Source: Phoronis australis
Taxonomy: Eukaryota; Animalia; Phoronida
Length of the DNA stretch: 64,000 bases
Direction of reading: 5' to 3'
NCBI GenBank assembly: GCA_002633005.1
Contig: NMRA01000202.1
Coordinates: 370,688 to 434,687, forward strand
Both the position numbers and the translations under genes were made by a program. Below are positions 11,791 to 24,100 of the stretch, piece by piece. Below the pieces are notes generated by a model. The model saw only the letters and a list, made by a program, of their open reading frames with translations, made no database searches and was not told the DNA's origin. Within the stretch, counting starts at the first letter, position 1. Each line of letters opens with the position of its first letter.

Positions 11791-12659
11791 ACGTTTTGAG
11801 GCATTTTGTAAATGTTACAGAAAACTCAGTGAATATCACTTATGAAACACTGACTATATTTGTACACGAAATAAAAGGATGTATAGAGTAAAGAATTGAA
11901 TTGTAGTATGCATAAGTCACCTTTGCACTTGTCTAATATGACAAATCCTAAAGCATCTTCCCTTGACTGGCCTTCCTTTCTCTTACGTCAGTAGGAATGT
12001 GTAAAACATACGTTTTTTTGGATGGAATTTCATTTTTTAAGAAATATGAAATGTAAGTAAAAGTCTATATTTGAAGGTCTCACAGCTGAATGGTTCATAG
12101 ATGTTGCACTAGAAACCTGCTGATTGTTTTGGAAATTAGCCTTTAAAGTCAAACTTGCAGGTTAATTCCTTATCCCTGTGATTGATTTACCAAATTAGTT
12201 AAAAACACAAGATATAAAAACGATGTGTACATGAAGTATTTTGAAAAAAGCGAAATGTGTTTAAGAATGAGATTTGTGTCGAAAAGTGATTCGCTGTAAA
12301 TCAGTCAACCATGTCCAGCACGTATCGTGACATGGTGTTGGTGAGTACCAATGCATGATGCGGGCTACATGTGTATAAGCATAGTTAAGAGTATGCAAAT
12401 ACATTATTAATAACAAGAGTATATGCCAAGTGACATATGTATAACCAGGTAAAACAAGTCAACTGCAATTCAGAATTCAGGACTAAAAAGGCAGATCATA
12501 TCAATCATCGATATATCACACGATTTATTCTGTAAGAATCCATTTATCAAGGGAATACTTTATGTGACCAATGCAAATATTTATCACCCCACCCTATGGT
12601 CACCTTCAGGATGGGAACTTGTGAAATCATAACGAAGCCTGATCAAAGGCAGTTGACAA

Positions 12660-13172
12660 CCGGGGAGCCTATAGAGACCCCACTCATAGGCAACCTTAGA
12701 GTAGCGCTCCTCACAAGGGAACCATTCAACAGTTTTTAAGCGAGGTGCACTATACTATTATAAGGGCTTGCCTACAGTTGAGGTCCCTATATTATTATTA
12801 TTTATTGTAGTGACATAAGGGTTCCAGTGAATACAATCTCAGACAGAATATTCACCACACCCCCCAGCCTCAAAGGGCTTACTCAGTCACCTAAAACCCA
12901 TAAAATAAAACCATAACATAATATTGACATTTTATGAGAACATACATGTAAGGTCCCCGCTCTTCGGCTGCCTTCTGGCCTGAAGAGCGGGATTCTCTAT
13001 ATTAATATAACGGGGCCCCGCTTGAAGGGGTATGATGAGCGGGGCCATCCATATTAATATAGAAGACCACACTCTTCGTACCCTTCTGGCGGAGCCCTAT
13101 ATAATAATAAAGAGGGCCCCCCTCGAAGGGTCCGAAAAGCGGGGTAATCTATATTAATCTAGGTGGCCCCAC
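12660..13172. repeat. Second palindrome/linker array at the right end of the large element
   Basis: Clear cores at 12987, 13039, 13089 and 13139 (e.g. gcggggtaatctatattaatctaggtggccccac); degenerate cores at ~12660-12800. Confidence 0.85.
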
Positions 13173-13677
13173 TTTTGAGCCCCAAAATTCAATTTCTTGC
13201 CCATGTCATTTTAATAAGAATAAGTCACTTTAAAGAATAAGCTGCTTTCTCATCTGAGCAAGGTGCAAGAAAATGGCGCAGTGAACAAGTATTTCTTTAC
13301 TTGAAGGCATCTTTATAACGGGTAAAGAAAACGTAATATCTGCAGTGTACATGAGAGTTTGACTTTTAAAACACAAAAATCATAATCCTCCAAACAAGTT
13401 CTCTCCACTTAATAGCCGGATTTAAACAGTACACACCATGGATTTTTGCACATTTCGAATTACCGGTGGCCACAGACTAAATATATGACGTAAAATTCAG
13501 CCAAATCCATGATTATTTTGTGTCATTAGCTCGAAATTTTGATTTTTCTTTCAATTTTGCCACTTTTCACATTTTCCGCCATGTGACATCATGGGTTGAA
13601 CACAAGAGATCAGCGACTAGCATTGAACAACGGCGGAGAGTAGGGAATTTGAAAGCGACAACGATTATGAGCAAGAA

Positions 13678-13878
13678 ATGAACAAATACTATGAAGAAAC
13701 GTACGAGAATGGTGGCCAGGATGACGAAATGGGGTTGCACGAAAGCGAGAACGATTTTGATATGTTTTCAGCTGCGTACTTTTCTACTTTGAGGCCTTAC
13801 GAACTGGATCCTCCCGCGAGAGAAGCGGCCTCGGGCTCGGCCAGTCAACCCAGTCATCCAACAGACGATCCTGAATAA
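13678..13878 (+). pseudogene. Acidic ORF stub, probable N-terminus of the Kolobok second protein (KolX-like)
   Basis: An acidic stretch followed by LRPYELDPP (resembling PYxFEP) is convergent with the THAP stub inside the Kolobok TIRs. Confidence 0.5.
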
Positions 13879-13899
13879 AGAGCCGATGTTTCTGAATAG

Positions 13900-14151
13900 T
13901 AAATATTGTCCTTTATTGAACCAGGCCTTCATCGTAACATCTCCTCTGATTGGAGTCGAAACACGACTCCTCAAAGTGGGCAGAACACAGAGTGGCCCCG
14001 GACAGAATCGCTTGGTCCACGCTGAGGTCCCACACTCTCGTTCGGCGCACGAAGCGATGCCACTACTGCGCAACTTTGGCGTCCTTCGGAACACCGAGAC
14101 GTTCTCCGTTTGACTGCTGTTGTTGCAGCCTCCGCAAACACATCTTTTCAT
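13900..14151 (-). pseudogene. THAP domain relic
   Basis: MKRCVCGGCNN...VSVF, a frameshift, then PKDAKVAQ*WHRFVRRTR...TLCSAHFEESCF. Confidence 0.85.
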
Positions 14152-14455
14152 CCCTCTACGAACCTTCTCGACGTTAAATGTACTTTACTTTCACTTCACT
14201 CTATACACTTAGTTGCTGATCCGAACAGTGTGCGAACGACTTGGGTTAAACCCATGACGTTGTACATAATTACTATTTTTCAATTTTTACGTGTTTCTTT
14301 ATGAGCTGTGCACTAAAGGCACTGAAATCAAGTAAGATATAATAATAAAATTTATTTTGAGGTACTAGAGTCATGTTGCGTACACTTTAAGAGGGGAGGG
14401 AGAGCGGCAGGGCATCTTCCCCTACAGAAACGACTAAAAACGTTCTAAAGGTAAG

Positions 14456-16621
14456 TATGGGCAACGAAAAGGTTCAAAATAGACAAGTGGGTGTCGAACG
14501 AACAAGTTAGTTTTCAAACTGACCGGTTATTTCGTTCAGTTTTGGCAAACACATCGGGTTATTTAGTTAATTTTCGACAAACAGACAGGATATGTTCGTG
14601 ATGACTCGGAACGTTTCATCCCCACAAAACTACAAGACCAAAAAACTGAATTCCCTGCATAAATCCTAAAATCAAAAAACTTCTTAGAAAAAGAGACAAG
14701 CTCTTTTGCAGCTCAAAACATACTAGAAATGAAACACGCAGAGAAAACTTCTTGAATCTCGGGAAACTAGTCCAACAAGAAACTCGCAAAGCCTACTGGA
14801 ATTACATCAACAACATAATTACACCTTCCCAAAGTAATAATCCAATGCCTGTCTCTTTGCCGATAATGCAGTCCTCTATAGACCTATTGCTTCCCCCATG
14901 ATTGCCAAATACTTCAACAAGACTTAGACTCCCTAGCCTCTTGTGAAAAATCCTGGAAAACGGACTTCAACGTTTCCAAATGCAATATTCTACCTGTCCA
15001 CAGAAAACGCTCCCCCATAAAAAACAATTACAGTCTTTACGACGCATCGATCAAATGCATAATCAAGCCCCATTACCTTGGGGTCAGTCTTACCAATAAT
15101 TTATCATGGAACACTTACATAGACACAATCCATCACCTCTTAGGCAAATGGAGCTCTTGGCTTCATTAAACGTAACCTCAAATATGCTCCCCGTGAAACA
15201 AAAGCCCAGGCCTACACTTCACTATTGAGGCCCAAACTTGAATATTCCTCCTCTGTTTGGGATCCCTCCACTCGCTCCAATATTAACAAGATAGAAAGAA
15301 TACAGCGTAGAGCAGCCAGGTTCGTCCTAAATGACCACTCCAGATACTCCTCTGTTTCGTCTATGCTTTCCACTCTTCAAGAAAGACGCACTCAAAATAA
15401 ACTGTCCCTCATGTACAAGATCGTTCACAACCTTTTTGCCATTCCCCAAAAATACCTTCCTCCACTACATATTTCTAGATCACGTAATTCCTACCCTCAT
15501 ACCTTTGAGAGAACATACATTCGCACTGCATACTGCGCAAACTCTTTCTTCCCATCTGCTACTTTACTCTGGAATAGACTCCTGCAACTTGCCATCTCAT
15601 CAGAAACAATGGAGATGTTCACATCAACCTTACTCAGTAAACAATAAAACTTGTTTTATCCTGGCACTAACCCGCACTTTGTTTTGTTGTTATTTTCACT
15701 GCTATGCACAGTTCATTTTATCACTAACATGCGCTAACATTAAAAGGGTCGGTATTTCGATCGTTTATTGCAAACTGGAAGAACGTTATTAGCGAACGAG
15801 CAAGTTAGCTGCGCTGAACAAACAGGTTACTTGTCGAACGAACCATATGATGTCAGTTCTAACAGACAGGTTAGTCGTCGAATGAACATGTTGGTACTGC
15901 CAAACAGACGTAGTAGTCGAATAAACAGGACAAAGGGCGCCGTCCAACTCAAGAAATAGTTGACGTCACGAAGTCATCGAATATCATGAGCCCCGTAATG
16001 AGCACAGCCGATCCACAAAGTTCTTTTTGGTGGTAAGCAGTGAAAAAGATCCTTTATAGGACTGTTCTTAATTTCTCATCGACCATTCTTAAAATAAACT
16101 TACGTAATTGCGATGCATTTGCTTGTTGAAATCAAGCTGCTGATTAAAAGCAAGTAGTAGAATTGTTTACGACCACACACGTTAACATACCTTAAAAGCT
16201 TGGTTCGGCCACCCCGCAAATTAATTGTCATTCCATAATTTGAAGTTAAACTGTTCATATTATATATAATGCAATCAAGTCTGATCCGGTTTGTTACTTT
16301 GCGATTACATTTTAATTGGTTATCCTCTTTTTTAACAAAATTTGAAGTTTACGAGGTGCTGTATTCGGTGTACAATCGCAAAGTTAGTTTTGCATATATA
16401 CAACATTTTTCGTTTCAATCACTTGCCAAGAGAACTTACTTGTCTGACAGTATGCACTTGTTTATCCGACAGAATCTGGAAAGTTGTCTTGTCAGTTTGG
16501 AAAACTGCAGCATTTGTTTATTTAACGAATCGCTTGTCTGTTTAGAAAACTACTTATTTATTTGTCATACCACTTGTTTATTTGGCAGTGTTGTTTATTT
16601 TGAACCTTTTCGCTGCCCATA
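14456..16621. mobile_element. Non-autonomous TIR element with a probable 6-bp TSD (hAT6-like), hosting a LINE fragment
   Basis: TATGGGCAACGAAAAGGTTCAAAATA and TATTTTGAACCTTTTCGCTGCCCATA are inverted ends; flanks are GGTAAG and GGTGAG; short subterminal repeats (aacagacagg-type) lie inside. Confidence 0.7.
14613..15790 (+). pseudogene. CR1-group non-LTR retrotransposon ORF2 fragment (RT C-terminal part, internally deleted)
   Basis: KIKKLLRKRDKL...RKAYWNYINNII is joined to LFADNAVLYRPI...LQQDLDSL...FNVSKC...YLGVSLTNNLSW...LGFIKRNL...LRPKLEYSSSVWDP...IERIQRRAARFV. Confidence 0.9.
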
Positions 16622-16879
16622 GGTGAGGCGTGTACTTTCCTCGGAAAAGAGTGGTTGTCTCCCAGTTGTGCCATATATTGAAAAACTGGACACATATTGT
16701 ACACAGCTTATTTGCGGCTAACCGTAAAAACATCAGTTTGCGGTAAAAGAAATGTAACCTTGTCAGTAATAGGCAGCAATACAACAGATTCTCTAGATTT
16801 TTGTGAACCGACCGAGGTGACGTAAAAGCATCCGACAAAATAGCTCAAAGAAAAACAATATTTTGTGCCTTCTGAGCAC

Positions 16880-17272
16880 GGGGCAAAGCTTTTTACTCCA
16901 GATCGAACTCGAAGTTATTTTTGGAATTTTCTATTCTACTTTTGTTTCAACTTAAGATGGGTTTCTGTTACTCTATGTTCGCGTATATAACTGTCTAATC
17001 CTAGTGTGCTCTTAACGATCCCCGTCATTAAGGCCAAAAGTTGGAGTATGGACTCGAATCTTCGAGTTCTTAGTCCAAATATCGAGGTTTTACTCGGATT
17101 TTAGGTCGAGTCTAGGGTTCATCAAATGTGAACTTTGACCAGAAAGTCGTGTGAATAAATCATAACGTATAATGATAGTTACTTATCTTGAATTGGCACA
17201 AAAGTACATGTAAAACAGAAAATGACAAAAATAATTTCGAGCTCGATTTCCAGTAGAAAGATTAGACTCCGC
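16880..17272. mobile_element. Degenerate Harbinger-like MITE (family of 32321-32721)
   Basis: Foldback arms (ttactccagatcgaactcgaa...ttcgagctcgatttccagta) are collinear with the cleaner copy at 32.3 kb. Confidence 0.65.
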
Positions 17273-19644
17273 GCACTGTTGTGGAGTCAGCCTCTGCACT
17301 AGCTTTACTCTGAGATTCGATACAAACTGAAATGTAAAAATGTCAACCAACCTATTTCATGTACTTAACAACTTTATCCTTACTTGGTAAAGCCAAAGCA
17401 TACGCCGCTTATTTTTAACTTATTTACGCGACCAGGGTTTGGGCTCCGTAAATACAAGACAGTCGCGAGGAAACCTATAAGTGTGCTTACAATGCGTTGC
17501 GATATTTCGCGAAGACTTGCACGTTCTTACGTTTTCGTGCTTTTTAGGAACACGGCCAGTTCCTCTAGGTTCAGATTGATTTTCGAGGTACGTTTCTCAC
17601 CCCGGAAATTGCTTTCGTCAATACAGCTGACACTGTTCACGGATCACTGCTTCGTGTAAAACATACTGACGCATGTTCCTCACGATAACGTGATGGTATT
17701 AGTTGTCCGCTGGAGCATACAGATCAAAGGTACATGATCAGCAAGTATAAATAATTTTCTGAGATCACTTCCAGAATAGAATCGGAGCCGGATCCCCCCG
17801 AGGTCGCAATAAAAAAATCTTCTGGCGGAGTTTTAAAATCCCACTCGACATAAGTGGCAGAATATTTTAAGCGTAATGTCACCGGCCTTAATTAGTGTGC
17901 CAGACAACTGCGAGGATTGGCTATTTGCAATAAAATCACGAAAAAAAACACCGCGAACTTTACTTTTTATAGACCTGATTAAAGCTAATGTTCAACAGAT
18001 CTACCCCATTCAACAACCCTAGCAGATCTCACAAGAACTATATGCACCATTAAACCGTGTCGGTTTTGATTTTAATTTCTAATTCCCAAATCGAATGCTA
18101 ACCTCGGAAGCCAATCCCTTGGAAAACGCAATGCTTTCCGCGACGTTAGGTATTTAATTTCGGAAATGTAACAGCCAAACCAGTTTCCCCAATCACATTA
18201 ATCTGTTTTATGTTGGCGGATTAACGTACGCTCAAACAGAATAGCCCAAGAGAGGAGATTGAAGATATCACATCAAGTTATTGTTATCATCAAATGCATC
18301 TCATCTGCAGTATAACAAGCGTCGTCGAGCTACAGAGCATTCAGAACACATAAGATATTTTTATAGCCTCAACTTGAAGATACAAAAATAACAGAGATAT
18401 TTCGGATTTTTATGAGTCACGTGATAATTGACACCATATGCCAAGGAGCTTCGGTTGTCTACCTGAAAATCAGCAAAACGCTCTAGTTTCGAATCATCTC
18501 GCATTTTCTATTGGTGATAGCGGTCAACATATACGAGTTATTACTTCTGTGTCTCAATCTGAGCACAGTTTTGCGAGAAAGTGTTACTGAATTTTGTGAA
18601 AAATACCTAATGTTACCGAATTAATGTTTTATTTGTTTTCTATCCCCTTTCACGTTGACACCACGGTGAATCATCGTTCACACAATCCAAAGCATCAAAA
18701 ACGCTAGAGTTAAATGCAAATAAAATAGTTTTGCAGTAAAAGCTAGACGGTGATTCCGACCATTACTTTAATAAATCGCCCACATGGAAATTCCAGATGT
18801 TCCTACAGTTGTAGTTATTTTAAACTTATCACTTGAGATACTCTACCCTTTACACTTACCAGTTTAGAACACAAGATGGGTTTCGTCCGTAGAAAGAAAT
18901 CCTTGAAATATCAAAATTTCGTCACTCTCAGCTCTGTTCGTATTTGCCTTATACTACTGTTATTTTCCTTTTTTAAAGTGGGCTGAGTTTACGTGGTTGG
19001 TCGATTGATTGATTTATTTAACAAAAAAATCGATACGAAAATAATACGTATAGATTATTCCTCATACACAGGAATACTACTGTCATATCCTGTCGAGAAT
19101 TCATTTTATCTGGGAATGTCCCAACGAGACCGAACTATTTGTCCATATACATGGAGTTATTTGCATCATCGCCGCACAAGCTTGTTGCCGTGTGCTTCGT
19201 CTTGTTGTTATATGAAGTCATGGGTATGCCAAGTTCGGTACCCAAGCCGGTTAAGCGACAAGACCGATCTGTGAAAGTGTTGAATAACCAGTAAAGACTT
19301 ATTTCGTCATAAATAGGTTAGACTTTTCAGTTTGTGAAATATACAAGTTAAAGCTTTGAACCATTCAAAAATATCAAAAGTTTGTCGGAAACTTAGAAAC
19401 AATCCATCCGGGCCGGAATGTAAAAGTTGAAACATTCCCTGAACAGTTGTGCAGCAGTGTGTCGTTTTAGCTTCGTTGAATTTCTTAGATTTCTTCGTCC
19501 GTTTTCTTGTCTTAGCTTTTGGACTGTAAGCAGTAACAGAAATATTTCCCGGTGCTGATCACAGCATTGGAAAGTAACGACGAAAACTGTGCTGATTTGC
19601 TGAGCTTGAGTAGTGCAAAAAGCAGATTTTACGCTACGACAGGC

Positions 19645-20850
19645 AGCGAGAGAGTTGAAACGCCGCGAGCAGACGATTGTCTCAGTAAAAATCACATTCT
19701 CGATATGAAGTCGCAATCTCCTGTAAAAGCCCTCAGTGTACATGTACTATATCCATCCATAACGAAACGTTTTCGTTGGATTTGAATCAGATGGCTGATT
19801 TTGTTGGCCGGGGACGTTACTTAGCTTGACCTATTTATGATGACCCAGATTAAATTTTCAGCGAGACCCAAAAAATAGCCGCCTAATCCCGCGCGTCGGA
19901 GTTTTCATCGGTAAATCTGTTTTTAAGAGCAGTAAAACTGCTTTTTCAATAAGGACGCCTTGGATTTATGATTAACTAACCCAAATAAATGGGCTCAGTC
20001 AAAGTTGACGTTGTACTTGCGAATTTACTCCACCAAGAGAATGCTCACCAACCGTGAAATACGGCTCCTACCGTTGTATACGGCTTCTACCGTTGTATAC
20101 GGATTGGCTCTACCTTTCCGTATTTCACAGTAATAACATGACTCACACAACATCCATAGGCCTACTTGGAATACATTATCCCATATATGCGTTAATACCG
20201 GTATTCAATATGCCGTGAACTACGCTGTAAATGCACGAAAGTCAATCCGTGTACACCCGTAGAGGCTGTATACCACGGTTGATATGCAGTCTCTTGGTAG
20301 AGTAAATTCGCGTGGACGACGGAAATTAGATTGGGCTCGTACATTTTGGATTACCTAAAACATTGATCCAAGGCGTCGTTCCTGAAATAGCCGTAGTTTT
20401 ACTGCTTTAAAAACTATGAACTTTCAGCAGAGACCAGTGATGTAGTGGTAAAATTAGACGTAAGTAGGCGCCTAAAGCCCATCTTGAGCAGTGAAAGTAA
20501 CTCACGGTGCGTAGGCGCTACATTCAAATGCCAAAAGGTGGTTGGCTGCGCCTACGTGCGCCTACGCCCCACTACAGCACTGGCAGAGACTGACCGAAGA
20601 AAATTCCGCAGCACGTCGGTGATCAGGCGGCTAATTTTAAACTTCGCTGGTTTTAATGTGAGCCATCATAAATAGGTCAATTTGCCTACATCGTCCCCAA
20701 CGAAATCAGGCTAAAATATTTTTCAAATCAAACGAAAACGCTTCACTATGGACATTATGGATGCATACAATTTAATGTACATCTAGGCCATATGTTATTT
20801 TTTACTAACACAATCGTCTGCTCTCAACATTCCTCGACTCTCCCTCGCGG
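19645..20850. mobile_element. ~1.2-kb imperfect foldback element
   Basis: Paired blocks gagcagacgattgt/acaatcgtctgctc, ggacgccttggat/atccaaggcgtc and gcgaatttactccaccaagaga/tctcttggtagagtaaattcgc are symmetric about ~20170 once the nested MITE is removed. Confidence 0.8.
20435..20582. mobile_element. hAT-type MITE with an 8-bp TSD, nested in the foldback
   Basis: GCAGAGAC|CAGTGATGTAGTGG...CCACTACAGCACTG|GCAGAGAC. Confidence 0.9.
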
Positions 20851-20916
20851 GCAGATCGGATGACATAAATTTTCGATAGGATACGTCAGTAGTATTCTTA
20901 TGTATGTGGGATAACC

Positions 20917-21165
20917 TATACACATACACACGCACACACACACACGCCCACACACACATACATAATACATACACACATACATAAATACATACAAAGGTAC
21001 ATACATACATACGTACATACATACATACGTACATACATACATACGTACATACATACGGACATAAATACACGCACACGTACGTACATACATACATACATAC
21101 ATACATACATACATACATAAATAGACAAATATACTCAATACAACATACTACGAAAGACATACAGA
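20917..21165. repeat. (CA)n/(TACA)n compound microsatellite
   Basis: Directly visible; it explains the YVCM/MYVC pseudo-ORFs. Confidence 0.97.
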
Positions 21166-24100
21166 TTTTTATAAAAACAAAAAATAAATTATGTAAAAAG
21201 CGTTTCCACGTTGGTCCACACTACACACGACGGCAGTGGAATGAGTCAGCTCTCATGCAGAACGGCGGCCATTTGAGGTGGTGGTGCACCACCACTAGTA
21301 AAAATTAAACTAAAAATCATATCAATGTTGTATCGAATGAACATTATGTGGGCTTAAGATTCGACTGAACTAACTTGCGTCAAAATCCGTTTCATAAAGA
21401 TTTTAAATAAAAAGAAATGGAATGAATTTCTTTAATAGCTTACATGTACGTTCCAACACATTTGTGCATCTTGTTTATCGGCAGCAGTTCATAAACTAAG
21501 CAGATTAAATTACATTACAACGTAAACTATATTTGTCTTTGTTTTAGGAATATTCTGAGAACGTGGTTGGTTGATGCCCATATCGCGCATATTTATCTAT
21601 AATATTCTTATTGGCATTGGCCGATTCGTCCAACATCTCAGCTAAGGACACACCGTCAGCTAAATCCGATCATGAACAAAGTGGGGGAGATGAGTCTTAT
21701 TGAACAAAATAATTTATAAAAATGTAAGCGATTAGCCTATGGTTTATTCATCATATAAGTTCCAATGTTATCTTTACTCGTTCACACTCACAAGATCCAC
21801 AAACAACTGAATAGCTTGCAAGTCAAACTTCAAAGATATGGTTTTAATTTATTTTAAAACTAACTACATAACACGAATTTTAACGTGAATAAGTTTGATC
21901 AAAACTTATTCTAAAAACTGACCCTTCAACGTAGCATCGTTTCGGTCAAAATAAAGAGGATTCAGTCTGATATTTACAAGTTATATAAGAATCACTGACT
22001 CATTCCAACGGGAGCATGAAGTCAATGTGAATGGTGGAAAGGCTAGCCTCCTCGATGACTGCATGTACATATACCTTGTATCAAATGTTCATTCTCTATT
22101 GATTGCGACGTAAGCAAACAGAAGGTCAATTCAAGGAGTTAAAATTGATATCAAATCAGAATATCATCATCAAGATAATTTGACATAACATATCTAGCTG
22201 CTTTTTTGAAGTTCTTGCTCACTTTTGCTCGCAAACTAAGCCTATTGTTAATGTGGGTTCCACATAACATTGGCCTAAGTCAGGATCGACATAATGATGC
22301 TCTTACATTGTACTAGTTTAATATCGGTTTCACTGGGCTGGAACAGCTGCAAGTTGTTCGTATTAGAAGACCAAAATCTGCTGCCTTTGTTACTGGTCTC
22401 AGGAATATGCCTTTATAATGTGAACTAAGTACTAAGAAATTAGAGACAACCTCAGTTCCTTCCAAGGAAATTTTCTTTTAATAACATTTCGTTTTCCGAC
22501 TACAACGTTTTGATGCCATATTTATGAGGCTGACGTCGCAATAACAAATCGAGATATTTCATTTAAACATTCTGGGTTCCGACACCGACGAAATAAAGCA
22601 TATCTGATGCCCAGGATAAATTCAAACTATAGGTAGGCGTAAAGTGCCGTGTAGGGCTACATGTTCGATCACAATCCAAAATGCCTAACAGTGTTTACAC
22701 ATAAAAATCGTAATTCCCAAACTAAATGTCCAAATTTCCTTAGATTCTGTTGAATTTCTTCATTTCAGTCCACATCTATCCTGGTGCAGGATAGAGGACC
22801 ACCGTTGCCTATAAGTTCATGAAGCATGGACGATGAGGGGTTAAAATTTCTTGGAGCACTAAGCTGTACAAGCTTGGGTGCGCTAATGCCATGGTAATTT
22901 TAGCTGATCGCCTTCGACACAAGTTTTGATCCCCCTGCCGCCAATTTTTTTCAGTTGGCTGGTGTCCTCGATATGGCAACAAGTTTCGCCCACCTCTTGT
23001 TGCCGCAATTTTCAGTTATTAAATTCTCTCTCCCACACAACAGAGCTAGCACATCACCCGTTCCCCTTGGTCAGCAACCATTACAAGGTTGTACACCTGT
23101 GGCAGCGAGACGGGGCCCTTGATTTGTGCGGGAACAGACCAATAGCTTATTCATCAAACTGTGGTCTTCTGCATTCTGCTTATTGATACACCATTTCTTG
23201 TATACTTATTCCGATTTGACGCGATTTCTTCAAAGATGTATATAAGAATTTGATGATGTACATTATCAGCGATGCAGGTTAAGTTATTGATGCACAAGCT
23301 ACATGTACAAATGAAGAAATTCTGAAACGTCTCTGACACACTGTACAGTGTATGGTCACCTAAGATTTGAAAAGGCCAGTATTTCGAAAAACTACACGAA
23401 ATTCTAAGAATGAAACGAGCCTTGAATGTATTCTGCTAAAGAAGCAAAGGAAAACGACAGAAAGAAAATTAGTGTACCATTTTTCGTGAAATCAATTCAG
23501 GGCAGTGTGTTTGAGTAAGCCTATTTTCCAGACCCGTGCGTAATCCTTGGACCTGAAAATGTCAATACAAGTCAAACTTGTCGTCGCTAGTTGCGCTTCA
23601 AGAGGTATTTTGCGAAATCATGGTTCTTGCTCGAAGGACCTGTGCAGTGTACGTGTACATGTAGAAGTATTAGGTTGGCCTATGTCCTTAACAAATATCA
23701 TCAAACTGTGGTACAGTGTAAGGGATATACAGATTCACCAGTCTGTAGCGCTGACGCAGTACTAGTAGTTCATCTCCACTTTATAAAATTATTTATTAAA
23801 ATGACAATGCATCCGTTCATTCCCGTTTTAATTGCAACTCAATTCTAATCCATTTTCATTCCCAAACTGAAACTAAGAAATCAACTCTCAGTCTCCCTTA
23901 CATTGTACGTCTGCATCTTCATCTTCCATCGATCGTTCAAATGGATGTTTTAGGATTTCTGCGGGTCATAATCAACTAAACGCATCCAAACTACCAATAT
24001 CTCGACGATATTGATGTTATTATTGCCGTTTTTTGTTCTTGTTAGATATAACGGTATCATCCGTTTTGATATTTAGCAATTGTTTACCACTTACATGTAT

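Larger units (their letters stand above)
1632..13244 (+). mobile_element. Candidate ~11.6-kb DNA transposon (Sola1-like) with inverted ends, subterminal palindrome arrays and nested insertions
   Basis: 1632-1710 (cagctgattatttaatatgacttatccttattaaaatgacatgggcaagaaattgaatttttggctcaaaagtggggcc) closely matches the reverse complement of ~13165-13244. Both ends continue inward into the same palindrome array, and a DDE transposase relic lies between them. No clean TSD was found. Confidence 0.6.
13426..14386 (-). mobile_element. Internally deleted Kolobok-type element, family B
   Basis: TTAA|ACAGTACACACCATG...CATGTTGCGTACACT|TTAA gives imperfect TIRs with a TTAA TSD; two convergent ORF stubs lie inside. 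Confidence 0.75.

Noticed and set aside
20795-21160. YVCM-rich ORFs
   Set aside because: (TACA)n microsatellite.
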